Positions 10,653 through 20,519 are shown, counted from the stretch's first letter. The stretch is DNA of 64,000 nt from Bdellovibrionales bacterium (GCA_019750295.1 JAIEOS010000110.1:11239-75238); one strand, 5' to 3'. Notes: generated from the letters alone by a model not told the origin. Program-made: numbers and translations.

Positions 10653-11633
10653 TTATAGGGGGCTATAGCGAGGCATGGGATCGTCAAAACCGCGGCCTTC
10701 TATGCGAAATGCATAGCGATTTTGGCCTGTGCCCATGGTCTTAAATTTACCGAGAATTCCATCGAGAATGGTCATATACACTCCCATGCGCGTGGAGAAG
10801 GCGTCTTTCACATTCATGTCTATGGCCAGGTTATAAAAGGTGACGGTGGTTTGGGCAAATCCTGGGGTGATCATCAAACTGATTTCACCGCTAATTTTGA
10901 TATACAATTCGTCCTTGGGCGTGCCGATCGTGGAGTCCGTAATGATCACGCGCCCATCTTTAACCCGTCCCTTAAGTACGATTTTTTCCATACTGATCGA
11001 GGGAATAGAGAGCGATCCCATAGTTTCGTTCGTCAAAGTGAACGTGGGAATTTGAGGATTCTTTAATTGAATTTCGAAATTTCCATCGGGCTGCAATTTG
11101 GCAGAGGGATCGATATCCATCTCGGCTTTAATTTGACCAGAACCAGAGGCTGTGAAAGGTAACATTTGTTTGCTGGCGAGAGATTTTGTGATTTCTTTGA
11201 GATTAAAATTTTGAAAATTTAAATTCGTCCAAAGCGCCTCGGGAGACTGAAGTTTGGAACTCTTGCTAACGCTCAAGCTAAATTGTCCATCATAGAGTCC
11301 TTCCCCCTTCGCCGTCCCTCCAATCTGTTGTTTGACTAAGCTGAGAATCGAGGGAGCCACCCAAAGTTCGCTCATGGTCACTTCGAGAGGAAGCGCTGGG
11401 CCCTCAACGAGGACGTTCTCCATCTTAAGCGAGGGCTGAGGAGCAAAGCCCAGTGAGAGGTCATCAAACTGCAAATAGACGCTATTGTTTGTGGCCGCAA
11501 CCACTTCGGAGGTGATGGCGTCGCTCAGATCGCCAAATGGGAAGAACATGACAATAAAAAGAAGTGTGGCAAAGACAAAAAATACCATCTTCTTTTTGTG
11601 ATTTGCGAAAATGTTTTTAAATGTACCCAGCAT
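10653..11633 (-). CDS. gspN: Type II secretion protein GspN
   Basis: N-terminal TM followed by FPFGDL; last gene of the gsp run. Confidence 0.75.
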   Translation of the reverse strand: MLGTFKNIFANHKKKMVFFVFATLLFIVMFFPFGDLSDAITSEVVAATNNSVYLQFDDLSLGFAPQPSLKMENVLVEGPALPLEVTMSELWVAPSILSLVKQQIGGTAKGEGLYDGQFSLSVSKSSKLQSPEALWTNLNFQNFNLKEITKSLASKQMLPFTASGSGQIKAEMDIDPSAKLQPDGNFEIQLKNPQIPTFTLTNETMGSLSIPSISMEKIVLKGRVKDGRVIITDSTIGTPKDELYIKISGEISLMITPGFAQTTVTFYNLAIDMNVKDAFSTRMGVYMTILDGILGKFKTMGTGQNRYAFRIEGRGFDDPMPRYSPL

Positions 11634-11648
11634 GATTAGTCCTCAGGG

Positions 11649-12299
11649 TTAGCGTTTCTTCGTTGGTGCGGATTTTATTTCCGATTTGATCGGAAGCGAA
11701 AGCGACGTCACCGCATATTTAACATTGAAATAATGGGGATCGGCTTCGTCGGCCTGAATTTCAACCGCCGCAAGTTTTGTGTTCGGGTGCATGGTTGAGA
11801 TCTGCTCTCCCAAGCTCACGACCTGTTTTAAGTTGAGTTTTTTAATTTCAAAGGTCATGCCCTCTTGTTTGATCGCTGCAGGAAGCGCCACGGGAAGAGT
11901 GTTTTTAGAGGGGTAAGAGGAGCCTTTTTGAGATTCGACAACAAGAGCCGAAGTCATTAATCCCTCCACCCGAGATTTAAGCTCGCTTGCGCTTAATCCG
12001 GAAAATTTCTGGCTGTTGATGATCGGCTGGCGAGCCGAGCGAAACAGACCACGGATAAGGCCACGGTTGTATTCAAAACTCTCTTCGTACTCCTGCGAGG
12101 TCGAAACATAGGAGGCGGGGATCGAATAGATGATGTAAAGAGCAAGAACGATGGTGGCTCCCGCCAATACTTTCTGCATGACGGGTGAGAGAGCTCTGTA
12201 GCGCTCGGTGAGTTGAACTGCAGCTTCGTTTTCGGAAATCTTCTGACCATATTCTTTTATGCGTTCTAAAAGTTGATCTCTTATATCTTTAAAATCCAT
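11649..12299 (-). CDS. gspM: Type II secretion protein GspM-like
   Basis: Single TM plus periplasmic domain; located between gspL and gspN. Confidence 0.6.
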   Translation of the reverse strand: MDFKDIRDQLLERIKEYGQKISENEAAVQLTERYRALSPVMQKVLAGATIVLALYIIYSIPASYVSTSQEYEESFEYNRGLIRGLFRSARQPIINSQKFSGLSASELKSRVEGLMTSALVVESQKGSSYPSKNTLPVALPAAIKQEGMTFEIKKLNLKQVVSLGEQISTMHPNTKLAAVEIQADEADPHYFNVKYAVTSLSLPIKSEIKSAPTKKR

Positions 12300-12301
12300 A
12301 A

Positions 12302-13927
12302 TTAACCCTTGTAAGCCAATTTAAAGGCGAAGGCGACGCCCTTGGTTTTTTTGATCGAAACAGGAATGGCCTGCACACGTTTGTCGGATGATAAGCCTTC
12401 CAACTTCTTTTTGATTTCATTCACGGTATGTTGTTGCTGCGCTTCGCCCTCGATCACGATGGAAGAGCTTTTGACGTCCACGCGGCGAATGTCGTACTGG
12501 AGATTTTTATTGGCCGGCAGGAGCGAGCTTAAAGTATTCACCACCTTCATGGCTGGCTCGATCTCGTTGGCTTTTTCGAAAAGTTTTGCATTTTTTGCTT
12601 TTTCTTCTTCGGTCTTTAAATATCTCTCGATGCGATCCGGTGAGGCCTCGCGACCTTTGAGGCCCGCGATTTTGTCGGCGCTCTTTACCAAATTTTCGTT
12701 GGCGACTTCGTCCAACTCAAAGGCCACTTGCTCCCGTGTAATTCCGTAAACTAAATAGCAGACGTAAGCCACACAGCAGAGGGCAAAAGTGTATTTCCAT
12801 TTGGTCCAAGTTCTTTCCCAGAAAACGTTTTTCTTGGCGACGAGGCCGCGCCGAAGATTCACCGCTGGATTTTTTGGACGTTTGGCCCCTTCGATGGCAA
12901 GTCCGATGGCGATCGGGGCTCTTTCTACAAAAGCTGTCACTGGCTCCACTTGGCGAGGCTTAAGAATATCATTGGCAAAACTTTCGATGTTCGTCGTGAT
13001 GCCCACGTATTTCGTAATTTGAGGAGTGATGTTCGCGATAAATGCGACAGGGCCCGAGAGAACAATGCTCTCCACCTTACTTTTAAACCGATCCTCGATA
13101 TCGAGGATCGATAGCTTCACTTGGTGGACGAGTTCTTTTAAAGCCGTATCGATCACGCTCGACATTTTAATCTGCTCAGCATTGGCTCCGGCCATCATCA
13201 CCAGCATAAAAACATCATTCGGGATAAGATCGGTGGCCTGATCGTAGGGGAGGCTGTAGTTTTTCATCAAGTTATTGACGATGTTCTTTTCTCCCCAAAA
13301 AATAGAACGGGCCCAAATCATTTGTTGCCCATGAAATACCGTGAGAAGAGTGGTTTCGTGGCCAAAGTGTAAACGAACCGTGAGTGAGGTCGGAATCATG
13401 TCCGGAGGACTCATGAGGAATGAGCCACTTCCCCAGTTTTCGTAGAGGTTCGCCATGGCGGAGCCTTCGTTAGAAATAATATCGGGGTCGATGTTCACTT
13501 TCCCTAAAAAATCGAGTTGCTTTTGCAGATCATCAATTCTTGCAGAGAATGCGATCACGCTGGTCTCGGCACTCGAAGTCGACACCGTTTTGATATCGAA
13601 AACGGCATCTTCGATATCAAAAGGAAGATCCTCATCGAGTTCGAAAGGTAAACTTTTAAGGATGTCGGTCCGACGATGGAACGGGAAGTTTAAGTTGCGG
13701 ATCGAAACGAGATGTTGAGGTAGGGCAATGGTCACCGGCGTGTTTTCGAAGTCGTAAGAGTTTCCAAACTCACTGAGAACTTGAAGAACATTAATTTCCC
13801 AACTGTTATCATCTTGATAAGCCAACGGAATATAATCGCCGCGGAGGATTTCAAAGGAGCTGCTGTCGGCTGAGATCTCGACAATTACAATTCCCTTTTT
13901 ATTAATATCAATTCCAATAGATTTCAT
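12302..13927 (-). CDS. gspL: Type II secretion protein GspL (PilM-like actin fold plus PilN-like C-terminus)
   Basis: MKSIGIDI, LPFELDEDLPF, IVLSG, AIGLA, a TM, then a periplasmic IVIEGEA domain. Confidence 0.8.
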   Translation of the reverse strand: MKSIGIDINKKGIVIVEISADSSSFEILRGDYIPLAYQDDNSWEINVLQVLSEFGNSYDFENTPVTIALPQHLVSIRNLNFPFHRRTDILKSLPFELDEDLPFDIEDAVFDIKTVSTSSAETSVIAFSARIDDLQKQLDFLGKVNIDPDIISNEGSAMANLYENWGSGSFLMSPPDMIPTSLTVRLHFGHETTLLTVFHGQQMIWARSIFWGEKNIVNNLMKNYSLPYDQATDLIPNDVFMLVMMAGANAEQIKMSSVIDTALKELVHQVKLSILDIEDRFKSKVESIVLSGPVAFIANITPQITKYVGITTNIESFANDILKPRQVEPVTAFVERAPIAIGLAIEGAKRPKNPAVNLRRGLVAKKNVFWERTWTKWKYTFALCCVAYVCYLVYGITREQVAFELDEVANENLVKSADKIAGLKGREASPDRIERYLKTEEEKAKNAKLFEKANEIEPAMKVVNTLSSLLPANKNLQYDIRRVDVKSSSIVIEGEAQQQHTVNEIKKKLEGLSSDKRVQAIPVSIKKTKGVAFAFKLAYKG

Positions 13928-14127
13928 AGATGCCCCGTCTTAATGTGTCAGTTTTATTTTAAGAGAATCCCCGCAAGTATTCAATTTATTAGGAGAAAAG
14001 ACGGACTGGAGAGCACGATCTGGACACAGGCCGGGTCTAGAGTAGACTTACAAAAAATTACGGTGCGAAAGAGCATTGTGCGCCAGTTTGATTGGCCGTC
14101 CTCTCGCTAGACAAAAGATGGGTTCAA

Positions 14128-14709
14128 CTAGTCGAGCAGTCCGCCGTCGATCATTTTTACGACCATCACATCAATACACGACATTAAAATTGTTTCGGCC
14201 TGATCGGTCACATCTATCCCCGGTATTTCTACGTGCGCCGAGGCATTCATAACAATACTCTGATTCGTTTTCTTTTTGAAAACATTAAGGTGAATTTCAG
14301 AATCGCAAATGCCGTGTTCGGTGGTCCAGGTTGTCTTTTCGGAAAACTCTAATTTTCTTACAGATACGACAGCGGTGTAGCCCGCTTTACTTTTTTGCTC
14401 GACGAACTCAAAGCCACGAGCCGACATTCTTCGTTTGAGTGACTCGCTAAAAGTGGACTCTAAGTTTTCTTTGAGGAGGATCGGGGTCGCTTTGTTGAAG
14501 ATTCCGGTTTGTGCGGATCCTATAGAAAAAGGATTTGAATTTGAGCGGGCGTCGACGATTCGATCAATGTAAAACAATGTTTTGCCGTTATAGTGAGTCT
14601 TACTATCGAGTGCTAATCGATGAGGCTCTGCGTTTTCGAAATTGACGAGGATCTGTTGCGAGGCACAGGCATTTATTAAAAAGAGGAAGGGTAATAATCT
14701 CAAAATCAA
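14128..14709 (-). CDS. Lipoprotein, YajG-like
   Basis: INAC lipobox; IVDARS and L..RGF pattern. Confidence 0.55.
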   Translation of the reverse strand: MILRLLPFLFLINACASQQILVNFENAEPHRLALDSKTHYNGKTLFYIDRIVDARSNSNPFSIGSAQTGIFNKATPILLKENLESTFSESLKRRMSARGFEFVEQKSKAGYTAVVSVRKLEFSEKTTWTTEHGICDSEIHLNVFKKKTNQSIVMNASAHVEIPGIDVTDQAETILMSCIDVMVVKMIDGGLLD

Positions 14710-14722
14710 GCCGACACCTCCT

Positions 14723-16039
14723 TTATTTGACGTCTCGAAAGATCACGTAGGGAGGACCTTGCGGGAGCGGTCTTTCTCCGGCTTGGCCGCCACTGGCTTC
14801 TGCGGCTCGTCTGGCGTCCACGCACTTCTTTTTTTCGTCGGCGTTGGTTTTGTCCTGGCATAAACAATCAAACTTGGGCTCGCCCACTTTATCTTTACAT
14901 TGTTCGGGATTGACCGTCGAACCCGGGTTATTGGGATTTTGGTTTTTGGGGTCTTTGGCGATTTCTGAAGCCAATCGACTTTGCACTTTTTGAAAGTCAA
15001 ACACGTACGACGTCATTTCGGTGGAGATTTTTCCGACAACGCCGATGCAGCTCACATTAAAATTAATTTCGTTATCAAAATAGAGTGGGACTTTGTCCTC
15101 GTTGAAATCTGCGCCGATACCAAATTGACCGAGAAAGCCGACAAAATCTTTTTCGTCTCGAAACGGACCTCCTAAATTGGGGTCATTTCGTCTCTTGATG
15201 ATCTCTTGAGCCACTTCTTTGGTGATTCGCACGTCCAGTGCCATGAGTAGATCCCCAGTGGCGTAATTGACGTTGATCCCTTTGCCGCCGTAAAGGGTAA
15301 TTTGTGGTGCGAGGACGTTGTAAATGTCATCTTCCATCAAATCGACCATGTGAAGTTCTTCGATCGTTTTGAACGGCTCATTGGGAGGAATATATGGGCT
15401 ACGCATCTCGGAATAGTATCCATCCTCGCTTCCGCCATTTTGACTGTCGCGATCAGGATCAATCCAATCGGAGATATTATTGATGAGACGATCAAATTGA
15501 AAATTGGAGTAGCGATTACTCCACTCACTTTGTTCTCGTAACTTGGCGGAGAATAAATCCAAGATCTGTTGTTTCGTTTTTTTACGAATGCCTTCGGACG
15601 GGGAGGCTAAATCATTGATATCAATTTTACCGCTTTCGCTGTTAATTTTTGAATTGAACTGATGTTTGAATGTGGAAGCTTTCATCGTCTTAGCGATCGC
15701 GCTCTTATCCCCCTCGGAAGAATCGGAGGGAGCTACGATGGGCCATGAGAGAGGAAATTGCCAGACTAAATCTAACATGGAAGGGTCCGGTAAACTTTTT
15801 GCAAGCCCAGAGCGGGCCGCCTGTTGGTAAGCTTTAATTCGAAGCAAGCTGATATCCGTGCAACCTTTTGCGGCGTAGTAGGCTTGAACCTTACGAACAG
15901 AGTTCAAAGAGTTTTCGAGCTCCACCACCGTGTCGTAAGAAACTTCGAAGGCGAGAAAAACGAGTAAACTCATTAAAAACATCGAGAACATAATCGCAGA
16001 GCCGCGATTGTTTTTGAGAGGACTAAATCTATTGCGCAC
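14723..16039 (-). CDS. gspK: Minor pseudopilin GspK
   Basis: RG|SAIMF prepilin site, ESGKIDINDL, ISDWIDPD, PF.TIEEL and INVNYA. Likely GTG start at 16039. Confidence 0.9.
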   Translation of the reverse strand: MRNRFSPLKNNRGSAIMFSMFLMSLLVFLAFEVSYDTVVELENSLNSVRKVQAYYAAKGCTDISLLRIKAYQQAARSGLAKSLPDPSMLDLVWQFPLSWPIVAPSDSSEGDKSAIAKTMKASTFKHQFNSKINSESGKIDINDLASPSEGIRKKTKQQILDLFSAKLREQSEWSNRYSNFQFDRLINNISDWIDPDRDSQNGGSEDGYYSEMRSPYIPPNEPFKTIEELHMVDLMEDDIYNVLAPQITLYGGKGINVNYATGDLLMALDVRITKEVAQEIIKRRNDPNLGGPFRDEKDFVGFLGQFGIGADFNEDKVPLYFDNEINFNVSCIGVVGKISTEMTSYVFDFQKVQSRLASEIAKDPKNQNPNNPGSTVNPEQCKDKVGEPKFDCLCQDKTNADEKKKCVDARRAAEASGGQAGERPLPQGPPYVIFRDVK

Positions 16040-16934
16040 CGGGAACTCCTGATGCACCTGGGGCTCCTTGGGCCGGCTGCCCTCCAAAAAATGTCGCGGG
16101 ATCGGTATTGTTTGGAAAACGTACATTCGCGATGATGGTTTGTCCAAATTTAGCGAGCGCTTTGCTTTCTTTATCTTCAACTTCGATGCTGATTTTTACC
16201 ATATAAGGAAACCGGTTTTGTGTATTTCCAGTTCCCGACTGATCTGAAGCCCAAGATTTTTTCCACTCTTTATCTTCGAAGTCTTGGCTGAGGTATTCCA
16301 ATTGAAACTTGCTGACATTCTCAATCATAGGCATTGAAGTTCCACCTCGGGTGACATCGTTGTCGAGAACAATGGAAGACCGACGCCAAAGGCACTGTTG
16401 GCTCGGTTTTCCTGTGGAGCGCGCTTTACACGAGCTTAAAAAGTAGCCCACCTCGATGAGATTGCTCTCTTGAGCATTAGCGGTGATGCGCTGGTTGTTG
16501 ATCGTTGTAAAGTGAACACTGCTTTCCTTACCAATAAACTGCGTAAACTTAATTTGCTTAGGAGGCAGTCCTTGATTGGGATTTTGCGGATTAAATTGGG
16601 GCTGTTGCTGCGGAACCGGAGCTCCTGGTTGTCCTGGTGCGGAGCCAGGCTGGGGAGTGGTCATCGCAAGTCGGTCTAATTCGTAGAGAGGCTGTTGATA
16701 GTGAAACGCCTTCTCCACGTCGGTGGCCATAATTTTTAACGCATCAAAGACCATACTTTCGGTTTTTAAGCGCGCGTCGATCTTTTCTTTGTTCATTTTC
16801 GCTGAGCGAATGGCGTTCGCCGAAATGGTGGCCATGGTCGCCATGATCACCATAACGATCAGAATTTCTACGAGAGAAAATCCTTTTTGGAGGTGACGGC
16901 GGGTCGCAAAATTATTGGGCACCGTTGCCTCCAT
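16029..16934 (-). CDS. gspJ: Minor pseudopilin GspJ
   Basis: KG|FSLVEILIVM prepilin motif, LWRR, position before gspK. Start approximate. Confidence 0.82.
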   Translation of the reverse strand: MEATVPNNFATRRHLQKGFSLVEILIVMVIMATMATISANAIRSAKMNKEKIDARLKTESMVFDALKIMATDVEKAFHYQQPLYELDRLAMTTPQPGSAPGQPGAPVPQQQPQFNPQNPNQGLPPKQIKFTQFIGKESSVHFTTINNQRITANAQESNLIEVGYFLSSCKARSTGKPSQQCLWRRSSIVLDNDVTRGGTSMPMIENVSKFQLEYLSQDFEDKEWKKSWASDQSGTGNTQNRFPYMVKISIEVEDKESKALAKFGQTIIANVRFPNNTDPATFFGGQPAQGAPGASGVPGAQ

Positions 16935-17484
16935 CGGCTCCACCGATTCCGCCCGGAAGGCCGCCACCGCCGCCACCAGGAAGAGGAAGCGGTCGATCAA
17001 AATCAATGATGAAGGTCGACGCTGAATATTGAACTTTATTTTTACGAAATGTATAAATGACGGTGACGGTCACTTCTCTTGCCGCCTGATTAAAATATTC
17101 GGTCAGTTGCTCCATCATCATCGTAATAAATCCAGTGTCTGGCGATTTGCTGTTCGCATTAATAATGCCGGCGAGATCGGGGAGTTCGAATTTTTTAGAA
17201 GTCATCTTCCAGGTATAATCTTTGTACTCTTTGCCGAGAAGGGCAAAGTCTCCCTGATCCTCCTCCGGGATTTGTTGGAATCTTTTTGACCATTGTCGCT
17301 CAATGTCCGCGACTTTAAAATCAAGAAGGTAGGCGGCCTGGTAGTTCATCTTCATTTTTCGCAGGCGCAATTGACTGCCAGACCACGCCATAGCAATCAC
17401 CGTCAGTGAACCCATCATGATCGTCAGCGCGATGAGCACTTCGAGTAAACTAAAGCCTTTTTGTTGTCTTCGGGCTCTCATCAT
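16912..17484 (-). CDS. gspI: Minor pseudopilin GspI
   Basis: KG|FSLLEVLIAL prepilin motif and gene order. Confidence 0.82.
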   Translation of the reverse strand: MMRARRQQKGFSLLEVLIALTIMMGSLTVIAMAWSGSQLRLRKMKMNYQAAYLLDFKVADIERQWSKRFQQIPEEDQGDFALLGKEYKDYTWKMTSKKFELPDLAGIINANSKSPDTGFITMMMEQLTEYFNQAAREVTVTVIYTFRKNKVQYSASTFIIDFDRPLPLPGGGGGGLPGGIGGADGGNGAQ

Positions 17485-18161
17485 TGCGGGGCATCCTGGA
17501 GATCTTTAAGTTTTCGATTTTTGGCGATGAGATCCACGCGGCCTGTAAGCGGGTGAATCGCAATCGACCAATTTAAACTCTCCTTATTTGTAATGTGGAT
17601 AACAGCTTCTTCCACCCGTCCTTCGGGGAAGTAGTGAATGTAAATCCGTCCCGAGGTAAATTCTTTATTCTGGGAAGCCAGTTCCACACTGCTAAAGAAT
17701 AAACCCTTAGGGAGCGATTTGGGGCCGCCTTTGGAGAGTTGAGCGTCGACCTCGAAACCGCTGGGATCTTTGAGTTTCTTTTTCTCGTTTTCTTCGGCCT
17801 TTTCTTTTCGAAGTTTGATAATTTCTTCGTCGTAAGAAACAAAGAACTTCTGAGTTGTCGATTCCACCCAATAGGTTTGGTTTTCGCTTTCACTGGCCGG
17901 GAGATTGAGAACAAGTCGGTATGTTTGATTCCGCATGCGGGCTTTGGTTCGAATCTCTCGAACCAGAGACGCGAAGTTGCGAACCTCTTTGCGAATTTGG
18001 CGACTTTTTCCGGCGCCCGACTTTTGGCTAGCCATGCCGACGATAATAGCAATGAGCACCACAACCACCATGATCTCAATCAGGGAAAAACCTTTTTGTG
18101 AATTTAGTCGAGAGTTGGGGAGCATGCCTTTTATTCTAAGCAAGGAATTCAGATTGGTCAC
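17481..18161 (-). CDS. gspH: Minor pseudopilin GspH
   Basis: KG|FSLIEIMVVV, YFPEG and PLTGRV. Confidence 0.82.
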   Translation of the reverse strand: MTNLNSLLRIKGMLPNSRLNSQKGFSLIEIMVVVVLIAIIVGMASQKSGAGKSRQIRKEVRNFASLVREIRTKARMRNQTYRLVLNLPASESENQTYWVESTTQKFFVSYDEEIIKLRKEKAEENEKKKLKDPSGFEVDAQLSKGGPKSLPKGLFFSSVELASQNKEFTSGRIYIHYFPEGRVEEAVIHITNKESLNWSIAIHPLTGRVDLIAKNRKLKDLQDAPQ

Positions 18162-18181
18162 GAAATAGTGACGTGAACGGT

Positions 18182-19096
18182 TCAGTTCGCTTGTGTCTGC
18201 AGGCGAATCAGATACGAGATATCAAAATTGACGAAAGGGAGAACATTGTCCCGTAGCTGAACAGCGTCCTGGGTGGTGATCTCCGGTTGAGTGGCAATCT
18301 GATGGAGGAGGTGTGCAAGGCGGTAAGCCGATTGTGCGATTCGGAGTTTGATGACCGGAGCTGATTTTTTAAAGTAAGCATCGTTGTCGGTTTTGTAGTT
18401 GATATACGCTTGAGCTCGGGCTTCCAGCGACTCATTAAACCAGTCGAGCATTCCGGATTTTTTCCATTGAGCCCATTGTTGAGGCGTAGGAGCAGCTATC
18501 GTTTGGGCAAAATCGCTCGGTGTTGGCTTTTTTAAATTTTCTTCCTTCTCCATGATTTTATAAATCAGTCCCGTATCCCAAAGCGCGTGCAGATTGGTTT
18601 TCTTACCGTACCAAGTCAGGCTCGCACCGTTTCCGCCGATGTCCTCTTTGTAACCCACATGCAGGGGCTGATGAAGGTCCGCAACAAAGTGAATCAAGAA
18701 TCGAAGGGCCACTCGTTTTTCCTCCTGAGACGAAGAGGATTCTCGAAGCACGTCCTCCGCTCGCATGATGGCTCGTAAGACATCGCCTTTTTTGCGATCT
18801 TTTTCTGAAAGCTGCTCCAAATCCTGAAAGTAGTCGGTGTCGCCGATGTTTTTGTAGTGATAGTACTTGGTGTGCTTCCAGTTTTGAACTTCGCGGACAT
18901 TGTCGGCCCAGACGGCCGCTTCCTCGAAGGTCTGTGTTCCTAAAAGATCTTTAACCAATTTCCGAGCTTCGGGAGTTAAATTCTTTTCGGTAATTTCCGC
19001 AATCGCGCGGTGAGCGAAGAAGCCCCATCCCCAAGAGTTTTGGGAAATCAGCCCGAGAGAAAAAATAAGGAGACACATTTGGAATGAATGTCGCAC
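18182..19096 (-). CDS. Secreted S1/P1 nuclease
   Basis: Signal peptide, then WG...H, WAD, HFVADLHQPLH, GGN and NLHALWD zinc-ligand motifs. Confidence 0.93.
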   Translation of the reverse strand: MRHSFQMCLLIFSLGLISQNSWGWGFFAHRAIAEITEKNLTPEARKLVKDLLGTQTFEEAAVWADNVREVQNWKHTKYYHYKNIGDTDYFQDLEQLSEKDRKKGDVLRAIMRAEDVLRESSSSQEEKRVALRFLIHFVADLHQPLHVGYKEDIGGNGASLTWYGKKTNLHALWDTGLIYKIMEKEENLKKPTPSDFAQTIAAPTPQQWAQWKKSGMLDWFNESLEARAQAYINYKTDNDAYFKKSAPVIKLRIAQSAYRLAHLLHQIATQPEITTQDAVQLRDNVLPFVNFDISYLIRLQTQAN

Positions 19097-19248
19097 TTAC
19101 GATTATTGTGTAAGAAAAGGGCAGCTTCTCAAAGCAGATTATGGATGCATACAATAACTTGATCGATTCATGACGTAAAACCAGACTTTACTCCAGGTAA
19201 TGAAGTTGAGTTTTGTTGTATAGGATCTTCTTTGAAGTGGTCCTTAGG

Positions 19249-19325
19249 GAGACGGGCTCCATGCCCTCGCCGTTTTCGACGCGCGGGAAACGCGTCGATC
19301 GCATCATTAGAGCCGTAACCCCTTT
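19249..19325. repeat. Degenerate REP/REPIN-like element, sibling of the element at 31327
   Basis: GAGACGGGCTCCATGCCCTCGCCGTTTT, inner hairpin TCGACGCG/CGCGTCGA, then TCGCATCA. Confidence 0.55.
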
Positions 19326-20128
19326 TAGGGATTTTCTCCGAAGCGCTCGAAGTAAATATTTTTCATCAAAGGCATTAAGTTTGATTGCATCCATTTGTCT
19401 GAGTGATTGGATTTATCAATGAATTTTTCAAAGAAAATAACCTGACCTTTTTTTACGCCATAAATACGAAAAGTACCTACATCTTTACTCAGGATCGAAG
19501 TTTGAAGTATCCATGTTTGAGGAACTACAAGCTTCAAGTGGGAAGACGCTGACGAGTTGAAGCCATTGAGAATCGCACTTATGGACTTTTTTGCTTGAAC
19601 GCTATGAAGAGGGTTTCGAAAGACCTCGGTCACAATGTATTCGCTGAATTTAACCTGATATATAAACTCACCGACGACGAGTCTATAATTTGTATTAGGT
19701 TCAATTTTCTCCGGGTTTTTTGCAAAATCAGTGAGTTGTAGGTGAGTCGCTGGAGTTGCCTTTAAGGAATTTGGGTTTTCAAGCAGTTCCTGGCGGAGAG
19801 TTTTTATATCGCGTCCGATTTGGTCGATTTCAATACGAGCCAAAGGATCCTCAGATAGTATTCGGTCCTGAAGTACAGAAAGTTTATTTCGAACTGCGTC
19901 TAAAGATTGCATTGCGGATTCTAAATTTCCTTTTTCGGCAGAGCTTCTGGCCAATTGAGTGTAAAGGTCTCGATAAAGCAGTTCCACTTTCGATTCGATT
20001 TCTAAAAACCTTTCTATCAGTTGTTCTAAAGGCAGGGTTTCTTTGACTCTGAAAATATTAGTGCACTGATCGGCATGCGCAATTTGTGCTGAACATACTG
20101 ACAATAGAGAAAGTATTATATGTTTCAA
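19325..20128 (-). CDS. Secreted hypothetical protein: coiled coil plus possible RelE/ParE-like C-terminal domain
   Basis: TTG start at 20128, signal peptide ending AHA, heptad-rich middle, YQVKFS...FRIYG...IFF...H C-terminus. Confidence 0.55.
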   Translation of the reverse strand: MKHIILSLLSVCSAQIAHADQCTNIFRVKETLPLEQLIERFLEIESKVELLYRDLYTQLARSSAEKGNLESAMQSLDAVRNKLSVLQDRILSEDPLARIEIDQIGRDIKTLRQELLENPNSLKATPATHLQLTDFAKNPEKIEPNTNYRLVVGEFIYQVKFSEYIVTEVFRNPLHSVQAKKSISAILNGFNSSASSHLKLVVPQTWILQTSILSKDVGTFRIYGVKKGQVIFFEKFIDKSNHSDKWMQSNLMPLMKNIYFERFGENP

Positions 20129-20174
20129 GGCCTGAGCTCCAATTGATCTGCATCTTAAAAGTATACAAATAATC

Positions 20175-20190
20175 AGCAACTATTATGCCA
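20175..20190 (-). promoter_or_regulatory. Putative sigma-54 (-24/-12) promoter
   Basis: Minus strand TGGCAT-AATAG-TTGCT, about 47 bp upstream of the TTG at 20128. Confidence 0.55.
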
Positions 20191-20420
20191 ATGGATGGAC
20201 TTACGGTTTGACTGTATGGTGGGTTGAAACCAAATATTTTTAGATCGCTCTGCGTCCATTTCTGCGTCGAAATTTAAGTGTTTAGCCAGTGGCTTGATGG
20301 GTTCAGTACTGGGCCCTATTTGAACTTCGGGTTTTAGAACAAAGACTCCGGTGGACCACAAGTTTTACACTGGCGCGGAATCCAAATCACCCAGCGTTTC
20401 CTATAGAGGAAGACGAATGC

Positions 20421-20519
20421 TTTTTTGTGTTGGAGTTTTCGAAGATGCTTGAATGCGAGTTCCGCTTCCCGCGGCCTGTTTGAGCAGGCAAGCATTTTCG
20501 AAAACTCCAACACAAAAAA
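20421..20519. repeat. Long inverted repeat (31-bp arms, 1 mismatch, 37-bp spacer) just downstream of gspG
   Basis: TTTTTTGTGTTGGAGTTTTCGAAGATGCTTG ... CAAGCATTTTCGAAAACTCCAACACAAAAAA. Confidence 0.85.

Noticed and set aside
20173-20361. 62-aa ORF upstream of the RelE-like gene as an antitoxin
   Set aside because: TTG start without clear RBS, no recognisable antitoxin pattern, and it runs over the putative sigma-54 promoter.
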